Of a stretch of 64,000 bases of DNA, positions 12,951 to 24,741 are shown piece by piece. Location of the stretch: assembly GCA_000934665.2 (NCBI GenBank), contig KZ538398.1, positions 1 to 64,000 of the forward strand, given 5' to 3'. The stretch comes from Catajapyx aquilonaris (taxonomy: Eukaryota). The number at the start of each line of letters is the position of its first letter. Within the stretch, counting starts at the first letter, position 1. The position numbers were made by a program, and so were the translations under genes. The notes under the pieces are model-generated. The model had not been told where the DNA came from. It saw only the letters and a program-made list of their open reading frames with translations, and searched no databases.

Positions 12951-13250
12951 CTCCAGAGGCATGAGTCTCTGAACGTTAATGTAATGACTCAAAAGTATAT
13001 CCAGCATGGTTGTCAATCATCTTTCACAGTCCCTCCGTACAATAAGATCAGTCTCAACACCTTAACACAGTACGCAACTCCTACTCACCTAGGTTGAAAT
13101 TGAGAGCAGCAGGACCAAGCTAGTTCCTACTACGCACAATCCCTGGTCAGGTATAGGTACCATCTCGGACCCACCCTTGCTCTACGTGCACAACAGTTAT
13201 CAGCAACCGCAAACAAGCTGCAGCAAAAAGGTATGAGTAAATAGTGAATT
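12951..13250 (-). other. Candidate 5' exons of a leftward-running gene
   Basis: Donor CTAG|GTGAGT (exon end 13089), followed by an 18-nt exon ttcag|AGACTCATGCCTCTGGAG|gtaagg (12968-12951) containing an ATG. It is adjacent to the promoter-like motifs. The 5' boundary is a guess. Confidence 0.45.
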
Positions 13251-13265
13251 GTTTCCCCATTCACT

Positions 13266-13350
13266 ATTGGCGATTGCCCAATAGGAGTTAGTTGCACACA
13301 TATTGGTCTCACGCGTTGATCGGCGCGTCTTTTGAAATGCGCGTTGAATT
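13266..13350. promoter_or_regulatory. Promoter-like cluster: three CCAAT boxes plus a CDE/CHR-like element
   Basis: ATTGG at 13266, CCAAT at 13278, ATTGG at 13302, and CGGCGCG-tct-TTTGAA at 13321-13336. The segment is locally CpG-rich. Confidence 0.55.
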
Positions 13351-13358
13351 TCACACTG

Positions 13359-14433
13359 TAGAAAGGGCAAGGGCGTAAGTCAAAATAGCGTCAACCGCGA
13401 CAAAACTGACGAGCATGTTCATAAATTGTGAACTTATATTTATGTGTGGGCAGGATGTTTCATGAGTCATGATGGTCATGAACAGTATGAATAAATTAAC
13501 ATTATATTCTTTTCCGAAATTTTAGAGATTTACTTTTGCCCTTTATGCAAGAAGCAAGTTCATTTCATGTATTTTTGCTGAAACTATCTGTAATGCACTA
13601 TGGCATCACGTTTGATAGGAATGTCTCACCCTTTATTGCTCTTGGAGCCGTACACATATTACGTCATCTTCGATTTGGGGGGGGGGGGNGATTTGCTACC
13701 TGATGACCAAATATGACGAGAGGGAGGGGGGTCCAAGTTGGGATGAATAAACCAACCAAAGACCGGGGTGCGGGGTAGGGGTTGCCAACTGATGGCAAAG
13801 TATGACGAGGGGGAGGAGGGGGGGGTTAAAAAATGTCAAAAATGTGATGACGTAATATGTGTACGGCCCCCTTGAACGCCACAAGAAATTGTTGCCTTAA
13901 AAATATCAGCAATCAAGTAAATGTGTACCAGACAACCGTACGTGGACATATACTGCAGCGATGAAAAGTTCTGAAGCATTGCATGGGCTTAGCCTACTTA
14001 AAACCAAATTGGTTGCCAGCCACAGCCAATCCAGAATACGAACGATGTTTGACTCCACCCAGAAAAAAAACCTTGCCTCGATAGAATCATGAACAATAGT
14101 CCAATTTACGAAATCCGAAGGACAAAGGTTGCACGTTGCAGTACTTAGGCTTCTAGTGAGAACCCTGAGACACTGGAGTCGACGAAGGAAGTAGTGGACT
14201 GTTTATTCTGTGATTCTCATGGAAACCAAGCCTCAAGATTCTTTGTCCTGTAGTCTATATTTTTCATTGTAGCGAGTATGTCTTCAGTTGAATTACCTTT
14301 ATATTAAAGAAGACCCCCATTTCCTGCTAAATCCGCCACATATTTGCAAACGTTCTCCCAACTAGTAAGTCTTTTCATGCACCTTTCAAAACCAGTTACC
14401 ATTTCTCATGTTTCGTGACTTACGCCTTTTCTA
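13359..14433. mobile_element. Probable old TIR element
   Basis: Inverted ends tagaaag..GGCGTAAGTCA / TGACTTACGCC-ttttcta. No TSD resolved. Confidence 0.4.
13644..13870. mobile_element. PIF/Harbinger-like MITE (nested)
   Basis: TIRs ggagccgtacacatattacgtcatc / gatgacgtaatatgtgtacggcccc with a 3-bp TSD ctt. Confidence 0.75.
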
Positions 14434-15286
14434 AAATAAACGATTCAATTTCGGTTTCTTTTATGCAAGGCACTCTCTCTATGGGTACAATATGGTCAAA
14501 GTAAATCCTTACTAATAGGTTCACAAGCTACACTATAGTTAGTCTATATCCTACATGGACAACGCGGTTCAGCCGGTTCTCTAGGGCCACGACATCCCAC
14601 CTCTGTAGCTCCGAATTCGATCCCTGAATCGGGTATAGGGTTTTACATGTGAGTTCCCCAATGCTTTGTGTCGAGTTTGTAAAGACTCCCCCGCCTCCTG
14701 TCACGTATAAAAAATCAACATGCATTAGCCTACAATGAGGTGATGGATCAAGTTAGATCAATAATGCACCTCATAAGAGAATGGGTCCCATCCCGAGATA
14801 TAAGAACTCCATTTGGTCGGCACCTGTCACTAACCAATAGTAAACAATACCAACGTACCCCTTCAAAAAAAATCTATATAGTGAAAAGAGCATTAGCCTT
14901 TTAACATTACTAATTCAGGATCGAAGAGCTCCAACAGTCAACACATCCCTGTTTCATTCGAAAAGAGAATGATGGGGCAGCGAAATGAGGCTAAAGTGCC
15001 AATTGTGTGCGTACAGACCGAGGCATTATTTTCAGGTGGAAATGCACACAAACGGTCAAATGCCGGGTACCATAAATGGGTTATTAAAGCGCTTGGGGGA
15101 TCCCGAGGAAGAACATTCATGGTCGCTCTTCAAAACCGCTTCATCTCGTTATGTTTTTCATTCCACTTGCTGCTCTCTCAGACTTTCAGAAGAGAGATCG
15201 TAGTCGATTGTTACATGGAGAGTTCTCTATTTGCACACTATTTGCTTTTCGTGGATCCATGCAACATGCTCTAGGTCCAGCCTGGA

Positions 15287-15389
15287 AAGTCCCACCGAGA
15301 TTTGAACTCGGACTGCCGGACTCGAAAAAAGAAAAAAGAAAAAAAAAACAGAAAAAAGTCCAGAGTGCTAGCCATTACACCATGGGACA
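15287..15389 (-). pseudogene. tRNA-Gln pseudogene with ~31-nt T-rich insertion in the anticodon loop
   Basis: Minus strand TGTCCCATGGTGTAATGGCTAGCACTCTGGAC[T-rich]GAGTCCGGCAGTCCGAGTTCAAATCTCGGTGGGACTT closely matches metazoan tRNA-Gln. The 1:72 pair is broken and the anticodon is disrupted. Confidence 0.85.
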
Positions 15390-16851
15390 GCCAAGCCTTT
15401 TTCCTTCAAACATCCTTTTTAAACATTGTCACTAGCAGTTGGATGTTGTTTGAACTGCACTGTGGTGCAACGAAAAAATACTGGCTTCTACACAGTGTCA
15501 ACACATCCACATTTTCCGTGGGCCCCCGTTGTTTTTTTGATGTCACAACAACTCCCCGCACTGCATGCACACAAACTGGTTAACAAAAAAAAAAAAAAAT
15601 CTGAAGTTTTGTAATTTCACAGTGTAGAGTTATGTCGGCGGCTCGATATAGCAATATTACTCTTGTTTCTCTCCGCCTCTCTCACAGGAAAGAAATATCG
15701 GAAATATGTACCAGGATGCTTGATGTAAAAAAGAATACTCCGCTTCACCATTAAAAAATTAGAGCCCTGCATTGTTTTAGTTCACAAAGAAAATTAAAGG
15801 ACTGGATATAGGTGTAGGCAGAATGGTATCCCACTTAAGAATTCCCATCGGTTCGCATTTGATCATATCGTAAACTACTGTACTGTTTCATCTGCCTGGC
15901 ATCAAGAACTTGATTAACTCGTCATTATGTCAGCAACTGCCATTATTAATTAATATGGCCAGTTAACAAGGTCATCGGTTGGCGTTTGATGACGCTAATT
16001 CCATTTTATCACGGTGAATGTGAGTCTGGATGGGTGGGTGGATGGGTGGGGGTGGTAGAAATTAGAGCCTGGTTGGACCTTTGTCTCCGGAGGCAGCGGC
16101 AGACTCCGGACCCCACTAGCCTTATCAAAAAGAAGGAGCTCATTAAGCAGTCTCATTAGGATAACGCCCCAGCCAAGACCATTGCGAGCAGATAAAGTTG
16201 ATTCCCCAGCCAAACCTGGGTGCTGCAGTCAGCACACCTGAAAAGCCCATCTCTCCCCACCACCCACTCGATTTACATTTGCCTCATCTTTCAACGACGC
16301 CCAAACCCCCTCAAGCCCACCATTTACTCCTCGCCACTTGATCCTCGATAATTCCCATCCTATTCCAACTTTGCTCAAGCTCTACCTACATACGTATAAA
16401 GACTGCTTCTGACTACTGCCTGATAAACGAGGTGGGAGGTGGGGAGGGATGGGGAGGAACTACATGTTCCTTGAATCGACTGTCCAAGGTTCTAATTATT
16501 CGATGCAATGTATAATATGTCAAAGTTTGCAATCAAGGTAGATGTAAATTGGGTGAAAATTAGGAGATTTCTCTGATAGCAGAAGTTGAATTAAGTGAGT
16601 TTCAACGAATGGGAAGTCTCAGTAATGGCAATCAACGGGGTCTGAAGTCACAGCATGACTGGGCTGATCGTTGGATACTCTAATTAGTCTCTTAAAAATC
16701 TGGAACAATTTTGGCACATCGTTATCACACAAGTAGGCTACTGCTCGAATATCGATAAGAGAAAGCAGCAACTTTACGAGATATCCTGCGATATTTTATA
16801 TTCAAAATATGGGCACACATTGAAAATAGGTCAGCTCGAAATATATTTGCT

Positions 16852-17040
16852 AAATAATAATTGGTTACCCCGTGATTTAGGCCCGTTTCACTCTGTGCCG
16901 TGTTGGTTGATTTTGATTGTGACACGCGAACACACGAAAATCCACGCGAATGCTGAGAGAACTACTCGAAACTCATTCCGAATGAGAAATTCCTGTCCGA
17001 CTCGGGGATCGAACTCGGGACCTCACAGGTGGAATGGGAG
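16852..17040 (-). mobile_element. Degraded tRNA-derived SINE related to 51860-52070
   Basis: B box (+ strand gggatcgaactc) and a central block similar to 51950-52005. The head is interrupted by the MITE at 17043. Confidence 0.55.
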
Positions 17041-17042
17041 TA

Positions 17043-17332
17043 GGGTTAACAGGCATCGCGGAAGGTGGGAGGGTGAGTAGTGGCTGGGGGCAGTGGCTGT
17101 GTCGCAAACGCAAGAATTGAAGTATTAATTTTTTGGATTTTGGATTTTTTAATTATTTGAGAAGGGGTAGGCTGTACCAACCTAACCTAAACTAACCTTC
17201 CTTCCTTGCTGATACAGACCTATCTTCAGCGGATACACGCCTATCCTTCAGCCTGTCTGCTCCGTTTTTGCGACACAGCCACTGCCCCCAGCAACCACTC
17301 ACCCTCCCGCCTTCCGCGATGCCTGTCAACCC
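17043..17332. mobile_element. MITE with ~65-bp TIRs and internal (CCTAA)-like repeats
   Basis: gggttaacaggcatcgcggaagg...gtgtcgcaaa / tttgcgacac...ccttccgcgatgcctgtcaaccc, with aacctaacctaaactaacct inside. Confidence 0.8.
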
Positions 17333-18877
17333 AACTCTATCCGGAATGGTATATGGTGCACGCCCACAAATATTTTTAAAATATTGCTTCTGAAGCGCTG
17401 CAGAAAACATTAAAATATCTGAAAATCTTTTTACATAGTGGTCTTATATCCTAGGGTTACTAAGAATTAACAATCAGACCTACAATGTGCATCATAATGT
17501 TAACTCAACAACGCCTATTTTAAACATAAAATTAGCTTTTATTTCCCATTTCAGTACCGCGTAATCTTAGTTGCGAACCTGACTGCATAGCCAATGAAGA
17601 GCTGCAAAATTAACTTGTTACCAATATCCTCCGGAGAAACTAAGAAAGGAATAGGCGAAAAAGTTTGTGAAGGTGCGATTAAAACCGACTATAGTCCAAC
17701 CCTGATCCAAATTGCTTGCCGAGATTCAAACTCTCCATTTAAAAAAAAAAAAAGTTTTAACTCCCAAGTCAGGAATCTTCGATCCCAATAACATGACCCA
17801 AGCTCTCCTTCGGGTTTAATTTCCAATTACCCAAATGATCGTCAACTAAGAAATGCTTCAGAGAGAAAAAATTTTTAACTCATCCTTAATCATAACGCAT
17901 TATTCTTCATTTATAACAGCAAACCTAATTAAAAGCAAAGTCACGGAGGGTACTAAAGGTGATCAGGTCAATCGGCAATTTCAAACCAATTCTAGAGGGC
18001 CTTCGACTTGATCACCGTTTCCATCCCAAGTCTAGTCCTATAACCCCCCCCCCTCCCCCCCACCCAACTCTGGAACAAATGAATTCTCAGCAAGCCAGAA
18101 AGTTAGCCAGCCCCTTCCATGGCACAGATGTCGTTCTTTGCACTCGGGGCTCGGAATATTCACAATAATTCCTGGCCGAAATGAATTCTAACGTCCCAGT
18201 TGACTGTTTTAGAGGGACTGAACCTGGCGAAAAGGGGACGAAAAGCGCTGCCTCACCGACGAAGATGAGACCCAAGCCCTGTCTGCCAGATTACTTACTT
18301 CTTTATCGGAATTCTCGAGAATTCTACTCTGAAAGCAGGGTCTTCTCATCACGACATCTCAAAAAAAAAAGGGGGGGGGGGGGGGGGACAAAAATTGAAA
18401 AAGAGACGTGTTTGGCTCGTGTGCTACAGACCTCCTTCATTCTGTCGTAATCCGTAGCGAATGGTGTTGAAACAGACCTCAAAGGATGTATCAAATCACC
18501 GGCAAGCTTGAGGACACTTAAAAGATGCTTCATGGGACCCTTCAATTTCCAGCTGAATATCTCGTTGCAGTGTGCCAGAAGGGAAGTTCTGTGCGTTGAT
18601 TGGTACTCCCGTTGGAAAACCAAGATGCTCTTGGGGACATGATGGTCGTATCAAGGTGTGAAAGCGGATTCTAGGGAGGGTTGCCGTGATGCAGCGAGCG
18701 CGGATAATTGCGACAATAGGGAATTTCCGCTCCCAAGAGGCTATAAATTGGGCTACGCTGTTTGGTTCATTTGCGCATGTGTGGACTCACACAAAAAAAA
18801 TGTTCAATCAAATCACAAACACATTGGTAGTTATTAGTAAAGATTTAGTGGAAGCATTCGCGTACTTGTCAACCAAT

Positions 18878-19196
18878 AGGAGTCGAATTTTTAAAATTTT
18901 TGTCTAGATATAAACGGTGATCATGCAAAACCTCGTATCTTCCATTGGTTTTTGCAGGAGATACGAGGTTTTGCATGATCACCGACGATATGCAAAGTTT
19001 GCACTCCAAACTTTAATCTGGAGTGCAAATTGCTTACTTGTAGTGCTTAATTTTTAGTTAGTGGGTATATCCATGTTTACTGTAAAAGCAGAGCCAATTG
19101 GAGTGCAAAGTTTGCACTCCAAGGTTCAGTTTGGAGTGCAGATGACATATTTTGGAGTGCAAATTGCACTTTTGCATCCGAATATTTCGACCCCTG
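18878..19196. mobile_element. hAT-like MITE remnant containing a 70-bp hairpin insert (18915-18984)
   Basis: Ends taggagtcgaa / ttcgacccctg, repeated ggagtgcaaa/tttgcactcc motifs, and nested arms cggtgatcatgcaaaacctcgtatct / agatacgaggttttgcatgatcaccg. Confidence 0.6.
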
Positions 19197-22100
19197 CAAT
19201 ACGATAGTTTAATGTTAAAATAACCTAATTTCGCTGAAGCAAATACCAGTTATGCGTTTTTCAATGTGCGCTACGAACCTGGTCGGATACAGCCAGTTCT
19301 AGACTTCATAATAACTCACATAGGTTGCGGGGGTAACACATTGTGATATTTTTGCTTCTCTTCTCATTAACCATGAAGTAATGTGACTCGACGACATGAT
19401 TTGGCTGAATCTGAAACATATAACCGTGAGCCAGAGAGCTGGGAAACAAATGAAGCGCGCTATAGAGTGATAAATGCGGGCAATCTAAAGAGGGTTTAAC
19501 ACAATGTCATCCTCAACAAATCAAGGGATGTCAGCGGATCTTTTGGCTTTATCTCAAGCTGCTGTGAAATGAATTCGGAGGGAAAGAGGACTGTGAATTA
19601 ATTTGAGTCGAGTTGGCCACGAGAAACAAAGCTCTTGGAGTAGACAGTAGAGCAAGAGGTGAAACTGGCGTATATAAATGGGCGTGGCATCGTGTTTACG
19701 TATATATACTGTATGAACAAAAAAAGAGGCCATCTTTTGAAATTTTGTACCATGCAGGTAATTTTCCGGACAACTAGGCGTGGGGTGTAGGTTCCGACTG
19801 ATAAAATCTGACTCCCCCGCCCTCCGGCGGCGAACAAATCAAAGCAAGGCTGGGGATGATCAATCACACATGGCTCAGCTAACCGTTTCCTCCATTCATT
19901 ATAAAATCAATGTTCCACTAAGGCCTATCTATCCGTAGAATGGAAGTTTAATAGGCAGGGGGTGATGTATTGGCTGGGTGCGAGCGTCCTTCCCCCCCCC
20001 CTCTCTCTCTCTGCAAATCTATTTACCATCATCAATATGAAGCAGGAAGCTAGATGGACAGGCAATAAACACAGTGTTGCCTTAATTACATATATCACGC
20101 AGTGGCATTTTTCTATAAAAATTAACCAAAACAATGACATTTTGGAGCACCCTGCAGCCACGGTGGGAGACTGCAATTACACGAGTTCTGGGTTGCATTC
20201 CTGTTGCTCGCAGCAACCAACGGACCAAAACGAAAATGCATCCAATACAATAGCCCCCAACACCCCTGGTCCCCGATCCCCACCCCGACACCCACAGCAG
20301 CCACTCTCCCCAAGTACGGCATAATTACCTCGTTCATAAAATGCATCAGTTGGTCATTGCTCGCCTGTTTGATTCCGCTCTAATGGCATATTATTCTTTG
20401 ATAAAAGAATGCCCATTGCCACGCCTATCCTAACACGGCTGTGCCAATGACACGCCATTAAATTGCTTAACACCATAGCTGCCATTTTCCTCATTTCAGC
20501 CATTTTCACGTTTACCTGCTCTTTTTCTGTGTGCACCACATTCATCTGACTACTGCACAAGTTTTGCAAGCGCAAACCATTTTTTATGATCTAATACAGT
20601 GACATTAGTCTTAATCCTATCAAAGGAAGGAATGAAAATGCGCAGGCACCTCCCAAAAAATGTGTGCTTGGGAAGCTGGGAACTAATCAAGTCATGGACA
20701 CCATATCTAAAGTCCGATTTACATTAGTAGTCAAAAAATATGGGGCTCAATCTGACATCCGTGAAAAGTCTCTGATGAAAGGTGTGCCAAATGGCACAGG
20801 GGCCAACCAAAATGCCCTCAGGTCCGTAGGGGGCAGTCAGAAAAATATCTCGTTGACCCACCGGCCATCGCCTCTGCAAAGTGGACTATTTAGAACGGGG
20901 ATTGAGGTCAGGAAAAGCCATTACACGTCCTCCCAACCACCCCCTATGCCCTCTGTCCTGAGGGGGGAGGGGGGGGGGAGAGAGGGGGGAGGCTGAACTT
21001 CCAACTTCCACCCATCTTTGATTAAACATTGCGCCAAATTTCTGCCTCGATTCTTAGGTAGGAAGCTGTACTCAACATCCAATTCCGAGTTACGAGTTTC
21101 CGCCTACAGTAAACAAGGGACTAGTGAGTTGCGGAGACGGCAAACTCTCCCAAGAGACCGCTTCCATTTACCATCCCCCACTACCCCCCCTTCACCAGAC
21201 TTCTTTCTTTCAATTCATTTATTCCTCGATAGACTGTATAGGCCTGACTTGCGCCATAGACACATTCGAAATGGCCCATTTGGCACTACTCAACCACCTG
21301 GATAACATTGACTGCCTGCGGCTGCTGCTTTATATTAATGTCAGTCAAACTTCACTACGATCATGCAGTCAGAATTCATATGGGGAAGTGACAAATTGAA
21401 TCTGGTTCTTGGTCAAGGTTGTAACTAGGGTTACTGTAAGTAGATGGATGTGTTGTTCATAGATGCGTGACTGGTTCGATGGGTGCGAGACCATTACAGA
21501 GGTGCGTCGTTTGTCAGAAGGCACAAATCTACTGGCATATTTGAGTTCAGTTTTAATATGAGCTATATGGTTTTGGTTTTAGTACGGTTTATGGGCGTGG
21601 TAATGAGAGCTTCAGCAGTGTTAGGGCCATAAACTATACTCAAAACCAGATAAGCTTATCCAATTTTGAAAATGAACTAACTTTATAACTCGTCCTTTCA
21701 CGGCAATATCATGGCCTATGTCATAATGTTCGTAAAAACGGGGCTTTAAAATTAACTCAATGGTTTAAAACACTAAAATGGCTTAGTAGCTAATTAATCT
21801 TTGCAACTGCATTAATATTCACATGGTGTTTTTATGAAGCATGCACTACTTCTTTGCGGTAATGGTATCAGGGAATATGTCGGAATGTCTTTTGAACCGT
21901 ATGTTTTTGGGAAACGCCATTTCACTAAGTAATGGTCCACCCATAAAACAGAGCCCGACAACTAAGCGGATGTAGCGTCGTTACAGAGCGTTTTACAGAA
22001 AATCTTCAGATGAGATTTCATGTGGTAACATACCTTCACGCTCTCATTTTATAGACGATCCTATAGTTCAACCGAAAAACAACCTCTTCACAATATTCAC

Positions 22101-22469
22101 ATATTCCACGCATTTTTTAAAAACACCTTGTCAATGTATAGAACAGAAAACCTCGGGAGCATTTTTCTCTCGGTGTTTTTCATCCTGAAACGTAAAAATG
22201 GGCTGCCAGAAATGGCGACTAATCCGTGCAGGAATGTGAATAGAGGCTTGCTCCCCGTTGGAATGTACCCCACTACATATTATACCGTTGCTTTGGAGTT
22301 GATGCCATTAACATAACACCGAGTAGAAAAATTCCCCCGTTTTCAAGCCTCCAGAGGAAAATGCTGCGTGTCAAAACGGAAATTCTTCATTGCATAAATA
22401 TTTTTCCACTACCTCCATAATTTTATTCTTATACTATTTACTGCAATCCTTACTTGTACAGTACAGTAT

Positions 22470-22847
22470 TTGTTTAATTTTTTAAAATATTTGTTTCAAT
22501 ATTTGTTTCAATCCCGTGATCGAGCTCTGAGCCCTTTAATATAGGTGGGTGGCACACCACCATCAGTTTTGTAGTGTTTATACTTTTTCTTCACTCTCCG
22601 GTGCAAGGAATCAAGGACATAGGGTAATAAGGATAAGGATATTTGGGGAGGGAACATGACTGCAAGTACAATGTCTGGAAAGGGGTCATGTGCTGTTCAC
22701 CAGGAGGTTAGGTTGTCAGACACCTCCAAGGGGCGTGTCAGAGACCCTCCTGACGCTGGCGAAAGGGAGCTGCCAGGCGGGGATCGAACCTGGGACCTTT
22801 CATTCAGCAAGCCGAGGCGTTACCATCTCGGCCACCGCACCTCCCCA
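22470..22847 (-). mobile_element. tRNA-derived SINE, same family as 10664-10980
   Basis: Head GGGGAGGTGCGGTGGCCGAGATGG...GGTTCGATCCCC, a body shared with the 10.7 kb copy, and a 15-bp TSD tgtacagtacagtat at 22455-22469 and 22848-22862. Confidence 0.85.
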
Positions 22848-24717
22848 TGTACAGTACAGTATACCATACATCAAGTGCACCAGGGGGATTCATTCACACA
22901 CAAAAGGTACCTGCTTTTTTGGTGTCCATCTGGGCCTAAAGCAACACATCAACATATCATTTTTTGTGAATTCAGCCCCAGGACTGCAATGATTTCAGAA
23001 ATTTGATGGCTGGGGTCAAAATATAAGATAATATGCCCCGACCTCTGGGTCTCAGTGATGAAACGCTGTTCATCATCAGCATTCATTTGGCTACATGGAT
23101 TTGGGCCGTTTGAAGTATCCAACAATCAAACGTGGCAAATAACTCGTGTAACATGATCGCTTTGTGTTGGCCATTGAAGGACGAAGCGTCCCCCATCGCC
23201 CCCTGGGAAGATTCCTGGTAGGATCGGATCAAAACAGCAATTCCGAAGAGCGTATCGGAGATTCCCAAATGGAGTGTAATGAGGGCCGCATTCCAGCGCG
23301 CCATTTGGTGGGCGGGAAAGCGGCCATGTCAGCTCGCCCCAAATGTGACAGTTGGTGGCATGTGGACGTCATAAATTTCCATAAGGAATTATGATCAGGG
23401 ATGTAGCAAAATGGCCAAGTGTGGGTCTTTCCATCAAGCGGATTTGAGTTCCTGTAAACATAGGTTCTAGTGACGCCACAGACAGGTGGCGCTATAGGCA
23501 GGTATAACTGTTGCTAGGCGAGACCAAGAGATTGTCCGCAACATTATGGGAGATGGTTCGACCAATTTGCTCAGCTCTTTATGCCCAAGCGTGCCTCAAA
23601 ATGCTGGTTTTCAAACGTCTGGCATAGGGCCAAATCTATTTTTCTTCTTCCTACAGATATAGTCAAGGTTAGAACAGCTCCCCCATCACCTATTCGAAAA
23701 TGACTCGGATCAGCAAATACTTAAATGTTTGGCCTCAAAAAACAACATTTTGTGCCGAGACACTGTCCCGGACCGAAACCGTCGCGATGTCAAATGATTC
23801 GCCTCCATTGAGTTCGTCTACAGTCTAGGAGTTTTTTTTTTCCTCTACAATTCTCGAGGACAATGCTTAGAAAAAGAAATCCGCAAAAAGAACTTAAGCT
23901 CCATAATTGATGGGATCAATGCTGGGTTGACAATTTTCAAGCCCAGAGCAAATGACCATCTTTTCTGGGCTGCTTGGCGCCACAGGCTTGATTGCTTATT
24001 TCCCATGGCACTTTTAGCTGGGCTTCCATATCGGTCTGGCCTGGTGCATGGCACTGTAGGCCACTTTGCAATTACGACCTAATTACAAATAATTTGACAC
24101 TTAAAAATTTATTCCGTTGGCGTACCGATTGCCGGACGTTGCTGGGGTGCGCTGGGGGGAGGGGGGGGGGTGGGTTTCAAATAAAATTAATGATGATAGC
24201 AGTTTGCGCGAGTGGAAAATTGTTGTTATTTTGGAGGACGAGATCCTATTAGGGGATTGTTCCATATACTCGCCAAGGGGTTAGCGTCATTGATCGCACC
24301 CACTCATTCAGCGCAGTTTGTGTGCTTCAATGTCCACTAATTTTCACAACGGGGAAGCATAGCACCGGTTTTCACACCCTACAATTCTCAATTACGGCTG
24401 TAGCGTGGCGTCAGTGTTCACCTAGGCCTAATCAAATTACTGCACCGCACTGTATGCTCCGAGGGTAAAGGTTTCTCGACCCAGAAACCATTTTATTCCT
24501 TCCAGGACTAGTCCGCCCCGGGTGTTTGCCCTCCCGTCTTTCTGCCCCAGGCAAGTAACCAACATCCGTCGCTAGCAGGTGACTTTACATCCTAGTTAGG
24601 TATCTGGGTCATTGCACACAAAAAACGTAGAGCTGGGATAGAGCTTGGCTTAGCTAGCCCACAGAGCACACGCAATAAAATTGCGATCAATGCAGGTCAA
24701 AAGGAGGGGGGGGGGGG

Positions 24718-24741
24718 NNNNNNNNNNNNNNNNNNNNNNNN
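24718..24741. other. Assembly gap (24 N) after a poly-G run
   Basis: N run seen directly. Single Ns also occur inside G/C runs at 54591 and 59597. Confidence 0.97.

Noticed and set aside
17178..17198. Telomeric TTAGG array (also ~60975)
   Set aside because: Only 2-4 degenerate units inside MITEs, so not a telomere.
19962..20346. Pro-rich ORF (NTPGPRSPPRHPQQPLSP)
   Set aside because: Short, with no convincing splice sites or partner exons. More likely non-coding.
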